Shown piece by piece: positions 49,486-58,018 of a stretch of 64,000 nt of DNA (within the stretch, counting starts at the first letter, position 1; every line of letters starts with the position of its first letter). The stretch comes from Caldisericia bacterium (GTDB taxonomy: Bacteria > Caldisericota > Caldisericia > JAAYUI01): assembly GCA_040768585.1 (NCBI GenBank), contig JAXGMQ010000001.1, positions 1,159,299-1,223,298 of the forward strand. The letters are read 5' to 3'. Made by a program: the position numbers and the translations under genes. The notes below the pieces were generated by a model. It did not search any database and was not told the DNA's origin. It saw only the letters and a list, made by a program, of their open reading frames with translations.

Positions 49486-50406
49486 ATGATGATGAAAAAG
49501 ACGCAATCAATGGTAATTGATGCTTTGATAGATGACATGATTACAAAGTTTTCTCCAAGTGAATTTGAGGAGTTCATAAAATTCCTTCTTAAAGCAATGA
49601 AGTTTGGTTCAAAAAAAACGCCAGATTCAGGGGATAAAGGTGTTGATGTTATTGGCACAATGAGTGCTGGTAGCTTAGCAGATGTTAAAATAAAAATACA
49701 GGTGAAGAAATACGCCAGAGATAGAAAAATTAGTAATGATACTGTGCTACAGCTGAGAGGAACATTGGCACCTGGAGAATATGGTTGTGTAATCACAACA
49801 TCAAGTTTTACAAGTAAAGCTGTAAGTGAAGCAAATGACTGCGCTAAAGGAAAGACTGAAATAACGCTTATAAACGGAATTGATCTTGCTAAACTGGTTT
49901 TGATGAATTTTGATAAAATCTCGAATGAATATCCAGATAGATTTTCAATACGGAGAAGGTTGAATATTCCGCCAGAAGAGAGTTTTGAAGTGGTTGACTC
50001 TAGAGATGATGTAAAAGAAGAACTCAGTGAGGAATCGATGTGTACAACTACCGAAGAAGATGATGACTTTAACACAATTGTTTGTCCGGCTTATGATGGT
50101 GGGGTTGAGAAAACATTTATCCCGAAAAAGGCATGGTGGGCTGTCAAAATTGCAGATAGAAATAAAAGTAAAATTTGCAATATAGCAATATATCAATCAT
50201 CTCCAACTTCTGCAATAACTCATTGGGGTAAGGTTGGAAGAATAGCGGATTACGATGAGACCGGTAAGTGCATTCTTTATTTAGAAGGTGAACCAAAAGA
50301 ATTGACAAACTATGTCAAAAAACCAGGGGGGAAACCTGGAATTCAAGGAACAAAGTATACAACGCTAGATAAACTCCTCAACGCAAAAACACTCGATGAC
50401 CTTTGA
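49486..50406 (+). CDS. Mrr-catalytic-domain (restriction endonuclease-like, PD-(D/E)xK) protein with a C-terminal domain of unknown function.
   Basis: The N-terminal ~150 aa (FEEFIKFLLKAMKF...GDKGVDVIGT...VKIKIQVKKYARDRKISNDTVLQLRGTL...GCVITTSSFTSKAVSEA...ITLINGIDLAKLVL) matches the Mrr_cat pattern. The likely start is the ATG cluster right after a GGAGG at 49486-49494; the ORF track starts at 49444. It sits in an AT-rich segment. Confidence 0.65.
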   Translation: MMMKKTQSMVIDALIDDMITKFSPSEFEEFIKFLLKAMKFGSKKTPDSGDKGVDVIGTMSAGSLADVKIKIQVKKYARDRKISNDTVLQLRGTLAPGEYGCVITTSSFTSKAVSEANDCAKGKTEITLINGIDLAKLVLMNFDKISNEYPDRFSIRRRLNIPPEESFEVVDSRDDVKEELSEESMCTTTEEDDDFNTIVCPAYDGGVEKTFIPKKAWWAVKIADRNKSKICNIAIYQSSPTSAITHWGKVGRIADYDETGKCILYLEGEPKELTNYVKKPGGKPGIQGTKYTTLDKLLNAKTLDDL

Positions 50407-50546
50407 TCCACTGAGAGTAGTACTTTCAATCAGCACCAGCTCGCAAACCTTGACCCGATGACGGGAGAGTAAGGGTAGAGACTTATCAAGTCGATGCCCC
50501 ACCAGATAAATATCAATCCTAGAATCAGTTCAGGATAATGTGCATT

Positions 50547-52094
50547 CTACTTGGCTAAATCCGGATTTGGAAACAACACCAACACCTCGCCCTGTTTTGT
50601 TTTTGGGTATTCATCGGGGCTTTTCCAGATAACCTTTGCCCCCAATAACTCACAGACAAATCGAAGCGGCAGCATCATTGTGTTGTCGACGATAACAGGT
50701 GTTGTCTCAAACCTTCCATCGATTCTAACCTCAATTCCGTCCACTTTTGCTGTTGGTTTGTTCGCCCAAAGCTCGATTTTCTTTGGCATAATCGGCTCTA
50801 GATTGTTGAAGTTGTATGTGGGGGTCACAAATGTTGCTTTCTTCTCCTTTGAGTTCCAGGTCAGAGTGCAGCCGACTTTTTCTCCTGACACAGTATCAAC
50901 TCTTGTGAAGATGTTGTCCATTAGCCACTTTATCGGAACCATGAGCCTGTCGCCAATAACCTGAGCGTATGGCTTGATTGGGATGGTGTTCTCATCGACA
51001 TAGGCAAAGTATTTCTTGACCGGTATTCTTGTCATGACGGTTTCGATATCAGTCCTCTTTGTGGCATTCTCGATTTTCCAGACGAGTTTCAGGGGTTCTT
51101 TGTCATATACGCTTGTGAATTTGTAGACCGTGTCTGTGCCAATGTCAGACACCCAGACAAACCCCTGGCTGTCAACCTCAACAGAGCTGAGCTTCGCCTC
51201 TGGCGGGAAGACATTCTGTCCTGGGTTTTCACCCGTGTTGCCAATCTCACCGATTTTTGTGAAATTACCGTCAAGTACGGTGACGATGTTGGTGCCTGAG
51301 TCTGCCACGTAGTAATAGCCAAACTCATTGCTTGTTCTGTCTGCCGAGATGTCTGTTGGACTATCAAACACAAGTGAATCGTTGCTCTCTGTCGATATGA
51401 CAAATTCCCCATCACGCCTGTATTTTAAGATTCTCTTGTTACCAGTGTCGGCAACAAGCACATATCCTCGTACATCAACTACGACCCCCTCTGGACTGTT
51501 GAAATGCTCATTATCATTACCCGCTGGCGCGCTGGAGTGTTCGTATCCTTCTGGTGTGGTGAATCTTGGAATAGCATAATCGTTACAGTCTTCGACACTT
51601 TTATCAAAATCAATTGCATACGGATCATATCTGACGAGTTTGTTCCCTGCTCTGTCTATGACATATGCCCCAATATCGTCTGCTATTCCGATTTTTGCCA
51701 TGGCATATGGTTCAAGAAGTTCGTGCCTTTCCGGGTCACCTGTGAAGGTGTGGTGCGTCCTGTTTGGGTTCATGTTGACGATTGTGCCAAGGGTTGCATC
51801 AACAATACCTATTGTGTTTCCAACTCTGCAGGTGCTTATGTCCACCGGAGATACCAGTTTCAAATCTTTACAGTAGATAATCTCCTTTATGAAATCCCCC
51901 AAGTAGTGCCCATACATATCAAACTTATGAACCTTTGAGTTAATCGGGTCTGCAACAAAGATGTAGTACCCAAAGTCACAGGCAATCCCCATCTTCTTGT
52001 GCTGTGGCGCGCTCCTTGAAACAGACACGGAAAAACCAAACACCAAGATGGCAGCTAAAAACACCGACACATAAAATCTAATATTCCTCTTCAT
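50547..52094 (-). CDS. Secreted NHL-repeat/beta-propeller protein with a C-terminal CuAO-N1-like module.
   Basis: The likely start is at MKRNIRFYVSVFLAAILVFGFSVSVSRSA, after a GAGGGGGTG RBS; the longer ORF start at 52220 lacks one. NHL-like repeats are recognisable (YVADSGTNIVTVLDG, VWVSDIGTDTVYKF, YVLVADTGNKRILKY). The C-terminus MMLPLRFVCELLGAKVIWK carries the CuAO-N1-like motif. Confidence 0.7.
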   Translation of the reverse strand: MKRNIRFYVSVFLAAILVFGFSVSVSRSAPQHKKMGIACDFGYYIFVADPINSKVHKFDMYGHYLGDFIKEIIYCKDLKLVSPVDISTCRVGNTIGIVDATLGTIVNMNPNRTHHTFTGDPERHELLEPYAMAKIGIADDIGAYVIDRAGNKLVRYDPYAIDFDKSVEDCNDYAIPRFTTPEGYEHSSAPAGNDNEHFNSPEGVVVDVRGYVLVADTGNKRILKYRRDGEFVISTESNDSLVFDSPTDISADRTSNEFGYYYVADSGTNIVTVLDGNFTKIGEIGNTGENPGQNVFPPEAKLSSVEVDSQGFVWVSDIGTDTVYKFTSVYDKEPLKLVWKIENATKRTDIETVMTRIPVKKYFAYVDENTIPIKPYAQVIGDRLMVPIKWLMDNIFTRVDTVSGEKVGCTLTWNSKEKKATFVTPTYNFNNLEPIMPKKIELWANKPTAKVDGIEVRIDGRFETTPVIVDNTMMLPLRFVCELLGAKVIWKSPDEYPKTKQGEVLVLFPNPDLAK

Positions 52095-52237
52095 ACCTAG
52101 CACCCCCTCTCTTGAAGATATTCTAAGACAGCAGGGCAACAGTAGACAAACAAGATTGGCGTCAGATTCCGTTAAATATGAATCAATCTGTGACATGAAA
52201 ACTGGAAAACTTTCCAACAATGACTAAAATCATCCTC

Positions 52238-52738
52238 ATGTGGATATTCGAAGAAAAAACTCAAATGACTGGTTTTTGGTGGATTATCCTGCTTGTTTTC
52301 CTTGCAACTATTGCTCCCCTTGTGCTTGCCTATGTCTTTGGTGACCTAAGCTCCTTCGCTGAAATCAAGCCTCTTCTGAGCATTGTACTAATTCTCGATG
52401 TTGCGCTTTTTGGCTTCCTGCTTGGTATTATGAGATACCTAGTTGTCAGGTTCGACGAGAAGACGCTGGAGTTTGGTTTTCACCCCTTTGTTGTCAAAGT
52501 CCCTTTTGACAAAATTCAGAGCATCAGAATCAAGAAGTACTCCTTCTGGCAAACGGGTGGGTTTGGCATACGACTTGGCGCAAATCGTAGGTGGAACTAT
52601 GTTGCAAGGACGGGGTGGTTTGTCGAGGTCGACTGGGCAGAGAACAAGCGTCATGGATTTTCGATCACGGACTGTGAGGCGTTTTATGGGGGGATAAAGG
52701 ATTTTCTTGGAGATAGGGCGAGTTTGGAAGAAGGGTAG
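52238..52738 (+). CDS. Small membrane protein with two TM helices and a bacterial PH-like C-terminal domain (tandem paralog 1 of 4).
   Basis: (M)WIFEEKTQMTGFWW parallels the MVYFEEK N-termini of the three downstream paralogs. Two hydrophobic helices are present. The C-terminal FYGGIKDFLGDRA parallels FFKVMKELIGDD in the others. The ORF track begins at an upstream ATG at 52220. Confidence 0.55.
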   Translation: MWIFEEKTQMTGFWWIILLVFLATIAPLVLAYVFGDLSSFAEIKPLLSIVLILDVALFGFLLGIMRYLVVRFDEKTLEFGFHPFVVKVPFDKIQSIRIKKYSFWQTGGFGIRLGANRRWNYVARTGWFVEVDWAENKRHGFSITDCEAFYGGIKDFLGDRASLEEG

Positions 52739-52844
52739 AGATTTCCTGTAATACTTTCATAGAATGTGTGAACAAAATGATTTGGGAGCATCCCAAATGA
52801 GATAAATAGCTTAGTTTGTGGATTCGAATATTTGGAGGTAGAAA

Positions 52845-53312
52845 GTGGTATATTTTGAAGAAAAGGTGAGATATGGATATTGGAGAATGCTTTGGAACAC
52901 GTTACTACCATTATTCGCAATTTATGTATTCATTCGGTTAGATTGTCCTATTTCTGACTTTTTTGGTGAGAATCAGCTAATCTATGAAGTTCTGCTTATA
53001 ATGTTTATTTTCCTAAGTGTATTCAATGTCCTTGTAACAGGACTCTATCAAAAGATAAGGGTACTTGAAGATAGAATTGTGATAGAAGACATATACGCAT
53101 CAAAAAGTGTAATTCCACTCAAAGATATTATTGAAATAAACCTGGCTAAAAAGAAGCTTAGCAAAAATATACCGAGTGATTCAGTTTTTCATTTAGCAGT
53201 TGCCATCCACTATGAAAAGAATCGAAGAAGAGATATTCTAATAGAGGATTATGAAAGCTTTTTCAAAGTTATGAAAGAGCTGATTGGGGACGACAATGTT
53301 GTAACAGTATGA
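52845..53312 (+). CDS. Small two-TM membrane protein, bPH-like (tandem paralog 2 of 4).
   Basis: GTG start 6 nt after a GGAGG. The N-terminus is MVYFEEKVRYGYW. Two TM helices. The C-terminus is EDYESFFKVMKELIGDDNVV. Confidence 0.6.
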   Translation: MVYFEEKVRYGYWRMLWNTLLPLFAIYVFIRLDCPISDFFGENQLIYEVLLIMFIFLSVFNVLVTGLYQKIRVLEDRIVIEDIYASKSVIPLKDIIEINLAKKKLSKNIPSDSVFHLAVAIHYEKNRRRDILIEDYESFFKVMKELIGDDNVVTV

Positions 53313-53384
53313 TGTGTAACATTATGTTGTGAATTCATAGATATATTGAATTTTGATTTGTGTACAAATACCAGGAGGTGAGGT

Positions 53385-53873
53385 GTGGTGTATTTTGAAG
53401 AAAAATTGAATGCAAGTGTGGGATACAGGTTTGTGTTTGCGCTTCTATGGGTTTTTATTGTCTTAGGGATTACATACACTATACCAGTATATGGCTCGTT
53501 TTATCAAAACGGTTCAGCAGGTGCGATAGTGGGTGTTGGTTTTATACTTACCTTTGTCGTATTTATCCTGATTATCACAAGACCTTTTCCAACAACCCTC
53601 AAGGTTTTGAAAAATAGGATTGTGACAATAAGCAATTCCAGCATGTGGAGTATAAACCTGTCAAACATTGAAAAGATAAGTATCACAAGGGATAGTCTTC
53701 GTCTTTTATCCAAGGACAAGCAACATTCGATAATCTTCGTAGAGATTATTCCAAAGAATAAAACGCATTCTGAGTCACGGATAAAGATATGTGACTACCA
53801 CGGTTTCTTTAGCGCCATTAAGGAACTGGTGGGCGAAGAGGTTTTGGACATTCCAGACTATATTGAATTGTGA
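53385..53873 (+). CDS. Small two-TM membrane protein, bPH-like (tandem paralog 3 of 4).
   Basis: AGGAGGTGAGG RBS with a GTG start. The N-terminus is MVYFEEKLNA. Two TM helices. The C-terminus is CDYHGFFSAIKELVGEEV. Confidence 0.6.
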   Translation: MVYFEEKLNASVGYRFVFALLWVFIVLGITYTIPVYGSFYQNGSAGAIVGVGFILTFVVFILIITRPFPTTLKVLKNRIVTISNSSMWSINLSNIEKISITRDSLRLLSKDKQHSIIFVEIIPKNKTHSESRIKICDYHGFFSAIKELVGEEVLDIPDYIEL

Positions 53874-53893
53874 GAATAGAAAGGGAATAGTCT

Positions 53894-54370
53894 ATGGTAT
53901 TTTTTGAAGAAACAACGAGATTTCCGATGATAGGAAAGGTCATTATATTTATTTGTCTATTTACTTTGTGGGCCTGGTTGTTGATAGCATCTTTTTCTCA
54001 CAGCGTTAGTCACGTCTCTGATACTGTAACAGCGGTTTCTGTATCCACAATCTTTATAGCATTCCTTTTTATTGTTTTCGGGAATTACTACACGACGATT
54101 CGAGTTTTGAGAGACAAAATAATTGTTTGTAAAAGCGGTTTATCCACAGGAATCCATAAAGATCAAATCAAAAAAGTGTATCTGGCAGAATCAAGCATTG
54201 AGTGGTTATCAAGGAGCCCAGGAAGGGTAAGGGTTAGTGTTGTTATTGAAAGGAAAGAAGAAACACTTAATTGGGAAACACTTGTAAAACTTGAAGATTA
54301 TCAATCCTTCCTCGACGCCATGGTCAAGCTAGTTGGAGAAGATAAGGTTGTATACCCCCCATCGGTATGA
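53894..54370 (+). CDS. Small two-TM membrane protein, bPH-like (tandem paralog 4 of 4).
   Basis: AAAGGGAA RBS with an ATG start. The N-terminus is MVFFEETTRF. Two TM helices. The C-terminus is EDYQSFLDAMVKLVGEDKVV. Confidence 0.6.
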   Translation: MVFFEETTRFPMIGKVIIFICLFTLWAWLLIASFSHSVSHVSDTVTAVSVSTIFIAFLFIVFGNYYTTIRVLRDKIIVCKSGLSTGIHKDQIKKVYLAESSIEWLSRSPGRVRVSVVIERKEETLNWETLVKLEDYQSFLDAMVKLVGEDKVVYPPSV

Positions 54371-54471
54371 CTCGACAAAACCTTACTATGACACATTCAG
54401 CACACCCTTTAACATAAGGTATCTTGACGGTTAACAAGACTTGACTAAAATTTTTTGTCAAGGAGATAGAG

Positions 54472-55101
54472 ATGTCTACAGAAGAAGAAAAAAACAGAGA
54501 AAAGCTGAAACAACAGTTCGAGGAAACCCTTTCGAATAAGGTGTTACTCACTCTTGTGTCAAACGGCAAGGACGACCAAGAAACCCAGATGACACGCACC
54601 TTCATCGCTGATCTGGCTGAGTTGACCGACAAGGTCGAGTTTGCTGAAAGAACAGATGCAAAAGATGACACCACTGTCATCGAAGTTGGCAGAAACCTTG
54701 GCTATAACATATCATTCTGGGGAGCACCAACGGGCATGGAAACCCAGACCTTCCTTCAGTCGCTTGTCATGGCAAGCAGAGGGGATGAGACGCTCCCTGG
54801 CGGAATGAAAGAGAAGTTTGACAGTTTGCCAAAGGACACCCTCGTTGAGGTGTTTGTCTCGCCAAACTGCCCCCACTGCCCAAGACAGGCTCTTCTTGCT
54901 GTCGCCTCGGCAATAGCAGCCCCTGGGAAAATCGAGGGAAGAGTGACAATGACAGGAACAAACCTCGACAGAGCCAAAGGGTTTGGAGTTTCAGCAGTTC
55001 CGACTACAATACTTGATGAAAAAAAGGAAACGTTTGCGCCAGGAGCAATGCCCGTGCCAGCGTTCCTTGACTATGTGAAAAATAACACGGAGGTAGCGTG
55101 A
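54472..55101 (+). CDS. Glutaredoxin-like protein disulfide oxidoreductase (two thioredoxin-fold halves, with a single CPHC active site in the C-terminal half).
   Basis: AAGGAGAT RBS. A CPHC motif sits in VFVSPNCPHCPRQALLAVASA, followed by a GFGVSAVPT cis-Pro loop region. The size and layout resemble thermophile PDO/glutaredoxin-like domain proteins. It overlaps the start of the downstream thioredoxin gene. Confidence 0.6.
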   Translation: MSTEEEKNREKLKQQFEETLSNKVLLTLVSNGKDDQETQMTRTFIADLAELTDKVEFAERTDAKDDTTVIEVGRNLGYNISFWGAPTGMETQTFLQSLVMASRGDETLPGGMKEKFDSLPKDTLVEVFVSPNCPHCPRQALLAVASAIAAPGKIEGRVTMTGTNLDRAKGFGVSAVPTTILDEKKETFAPGAMPVPAFLDYVKNNTEVA

Positions 55102-55427
55102 TGAGTGAAGTTCTACATTTGACAGACGACGATCTTGAAAAAAAGATCAATGAGGGTGGAGCGGTTGTTGTTGATTTCTGGGCTCCCTGGTGCGGACCAT
55201 GCAAGATGATTGGGCCAATAATCGACGAGCTTGCTGGGGTTTTCAACAGCCAGGTGACTTTTGTCAAGATCAACGTTGATGAGCAGCAGAGAATCGCTGG
55301 TATGAACGGCGTTACTTCCATTCCGACACTGCTTTTCTACAAAGACGGCAAGAAGGTTGACGCGCTCGTTGGGGCAATGCCGAAACCAATGCTCGAGGCG
55401 AGGGTCAAGAACGCATTTGGCATCTAA
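55101..55427 (+). CDS. trxA: Thioredoxin.
   Basis: WCGPC active site within VVVDFWAPWCGPCKMIGP. The length (108 aa) and overall pattern are typical of TrxA. GGAGG lies 8 nt upstream of the ATG. Confidence 0.85.
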   Translation: MSEVLHLTDDDLEKKINEGGAVVVDFWAPWCGPCKMIGPIIDELAGVFNSQVTFVKINVDEQQRIAGMNGVTSIPTLLFYKDGKKVDALVGAMPKPMLEARVKNAFGI

Positions 55428-55813
55428 ACAGCTGATCATAACGTTTTTGCCGCATAAATAGGTATGAATCGATGGGTGACCACAGAGCTGTAGTGGCTTG
55501 GGTCACCCATTTTTGAGTTACTCTTTAAAGTATTGGGTTCTTGTTGTGGTTTTCGGTCAGTGTGAGAGGCGCTGTATTCTTCTAAGAAGGTATTGCCCTA
55601 ATATGATTTGTCCATTATTTCTTGCATCCGTGGAATTTTATGATAATTGCCAGATGATTCTTGTTTTGAATCTCCCAGTGATGTTAACGGTTGGAGTTGT
55701 GGATTGTCGAAATATTTCACAGATTAACAAAATATTTAGCATGCGATAAACACACTACCTGTAAATGGTTGATAATGACTCATAGGATATTCTCATGTTT
55801 TTAAGGAGGTGTC

Positions 55814-57937
55814 ATGAAAAATAGTTTTATTCGATTGTTTGCTGTTTTGGCTATTGTGGTTGGTGTTTTATTGTCAGCTTCGTGTGGGGGTGATTATGGA
55901 ATGTCTTGCGTAATCGAGAACACAAAACAGGCAAGCAAATGGCGACAGGAAAAAAGTTTACCAAGTAAAGAGTCTGGGGATATTGACTCAACAAAATGGG
56001 GTGGCGATTTCAGCTTTGATGACCCAACTGTGTTTGGTGAGGAAAGTGAATCTGAGAGGGAGACTCAAAAAGAACGAGACCAAATAAAGAACTTAGACGA
56101 GATAGCAGATTTTACAGGGGAAAGGTTTGAGTATTTCTACATCGATGGGGATGAAGATAATGGTTCTAATGCTCAGGGAGAAAAGAATTGTGTAGATTAC
56201 ATATCGCTTAGCTGGAGTCCCGATTTCAAGCCACTAAATGGGCTAAGGTTGAAGATGAACGCAGGTGAAGTCCTGTATATTGCATTCTATGTCAGGAACA
56301 ACACCGAGAATGTGATTGAATACTATCTGAATCATGGTGATCCTATCAGATTGAATCCCAAAGAAGTCATGGAATTTCAGCACAAAATACAATGCACAAA
56401 GATGGATAAAAGATTTGAAGACTATTATGTTGGTGCAGGATATGCAGAGATTGAGGGAGAAGAAAGAAGCTGGAAAAATGCCTGTGGTTTGTTGGAGATA
56501 AATGTTGAGAGGATGGATATAAAGGAGTACCCAGTTGTTTGGCGAACTCCACACATGTTTTTGTCAAAAGGTTTTCTTTTCGGTATCGAAGTTTTTGATG
56601 AGACCATTATTGTAGCAGAAAAAGGTCATGCGGAGACTCCTTGCGGGAGTCCTAAGCTAATTTCAGCCTATGACAGGTCAACAGGAGAATATCTTTGGAA
56701 AATGGGGCAAGGCACTCAACCAGATGGTTCGTGGTTCAACATAGGCGGATTCGAGTATGATGATGGTAAACTTTATCTGTATGAAAGCTATACTGGTAGA
56801 AATTTTATTGATACAGTCAGCTTTAGTTTTGATCAAAATAGTAAGAATTTGAGGGTTTTGGATATCAGAAGTGGGGAAGAATTGGAGTTTAATGAGGAAG
56901 AAGTTTTCTCATTTTTTCTGCGCAAACAATTCGAAGAATCAGGAGAAAAATATATTTTGATGCATAACAATCGGCAAAGAACCGCACCTTCTTTAGTCGA
57001 TCTCGAACAAGGAAAAGAAGTCTGTCAGTTGAGAGGGAGTGTCTACTCCTATGCAGTATTAGGGCAAAATATCTACACATATGAGTTGGATTCAATATCA
57101 TCTGCATCTTTTGATTTTACAGATTATAAAACTGTTCGGGAGGAATACAGACAATGGATAATTCAACATTCCAAAATTAGAAAATACTCCTTTGAACGTG
57201 GATTCATTCAGGAAAAGAAAGCAGATATTGTTGGGAGATTTCAAATCTTTGGTGACAAGGTTTACTTCATTCAATCAGATAAAGCATTGGGAGGAGAATG
57301 CACATTCAGAGAAGATGGTGAATTTTATAATGATACATCAATCCTGAAGATCAATCCTGAAACACTCGAAACGGAATGGTCACATGAGCTGAAAAAGGTT
57401 TCTCTATCAGAAGATTCTAGCATAGACAATCGGAGACATTATCAATTTGTTGATAACACGGTTGTGATAATTTCTGAAAAAGATGTCTATGGAATTGACT
57501 CAAACACAGGAAAAATTGTCTGGGAAAATAATGCCTTTGTGGGATTGCTAGATGACACAAAACAACTCGATGGTAATACATGTGTTGTGTTCCACAACGG
57601 AACAACTGAATCCGAATCTACCTTTATGTTATATGTGGATGCAAGCACGGGGAGGATAGCAAAAATTGAAAAGCTTGAACCCAAGATTACTTCAGAACAA
57701 AGTGAACGTCTACGTGTAAATTGGTACAAAGAAAGCAGCGATGGTTACTTAATTTGTGAGCATTATTGGCTAGATCCAAAAACACATGAAATCCTTGGAA
57801 TAAACGAGGGAGAAGATCCACACATACTGTCAGACATTGGAAACATTGTAGATGGATACATGTTTTATATCGAGCAGGATTGGAATAAAGATGAATACAA
57901 AAGAAAACCTCAATTGGTCTGCAAAAAGATTTATTAA
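55814..57937 (+). CDS. Lipoprotein with PQQ-like beta-propeller repeats (tandem paralog 1 of 4 or more).
   Basis: AAGGAGG RBS. A signal peptide ends in the lipobox-like LSASC. It is followed by the conserved GGDYGMSCVIENTKQ motif. Repeats carry the G-x-x-LW signature (GEYLWKMGQG, GKIVWENNAF). Confidence 0.7.
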   Translation: MKNSFIRLFAVLAIVVGVLLSASCGGDYGMSCVIENTKQASKWRQEKSLPSKESGDIDSTKWGGDFSFDDPTVFGEESESERETQKERDQIKNLDEIADFTGERFEYFYIDGDEDNGSNAQGEKNCVDYISLSWSPDFKPLNGLRLKMNAGEVLYIAFYVRNNTENVIEYYLNHGDPIRLNPKEVMEFQHKIQCTKMDKRFEDYYVGAGYAEIEGEERSWKNACGLLEINVERMDIKEYPVVWRTPHMFLSKGFLFGIEVFDETIIVAEKGHAETPCGSPKLISAYDRSTGEYLWKMGQGTQPDGSWFNIGGFEYDDGKLYLYESYTGRNFIDTVSFSFDQNSKNLRVLDIRSGEELEFNEEEVFSFFLRKQFEESGEKYILMHNNRQRTAPSLVDLEQGKEVCQLRGSVYSYAVLGQNIYTYELDSISSASFDFTDYKTVREEYRQWIIQHSKIRKYSFERGFIQEKKADIVGRFQIFGDKVYFIQSDKALGGECTFREDGEFYNDTSILKINPETLETEWSHELKKVSLSEDSSIDNRRHYQFVDNTVVIISEKDVYGIDSNTGKIVWENNAFVGLLDDTKQLDGNTCVVFHNGTTESESTFMLYVDASTGRIAKIEKLEPKITSEQSERLRVNWYKESSDGYLICEHYWLDPKTHEILGINEGEDPHILSDIGNIVDGYMFYIEQDWNKDEYKRKPQLVCKKIY

Positions 57938-58018
57938 ATGATGACCCAGGCTTGTTTGGTGTGAATCTGCGTTTCTTGTTGTGTGTTTAGTTTTGATTAT
58001 ATAAAGGAGGTTTTTAAG

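Noticed and set aside
49380-50075. 231-aa minus-strand ORF overlapping the Mrr-like gene
   Set aside because: The product is Ser/Leu low-complexity (MLKSSSSSVVVHIDSSLSSSF...). It is antisense to a gene with a recognisable Mrr_cat domain and is most likely spurious.
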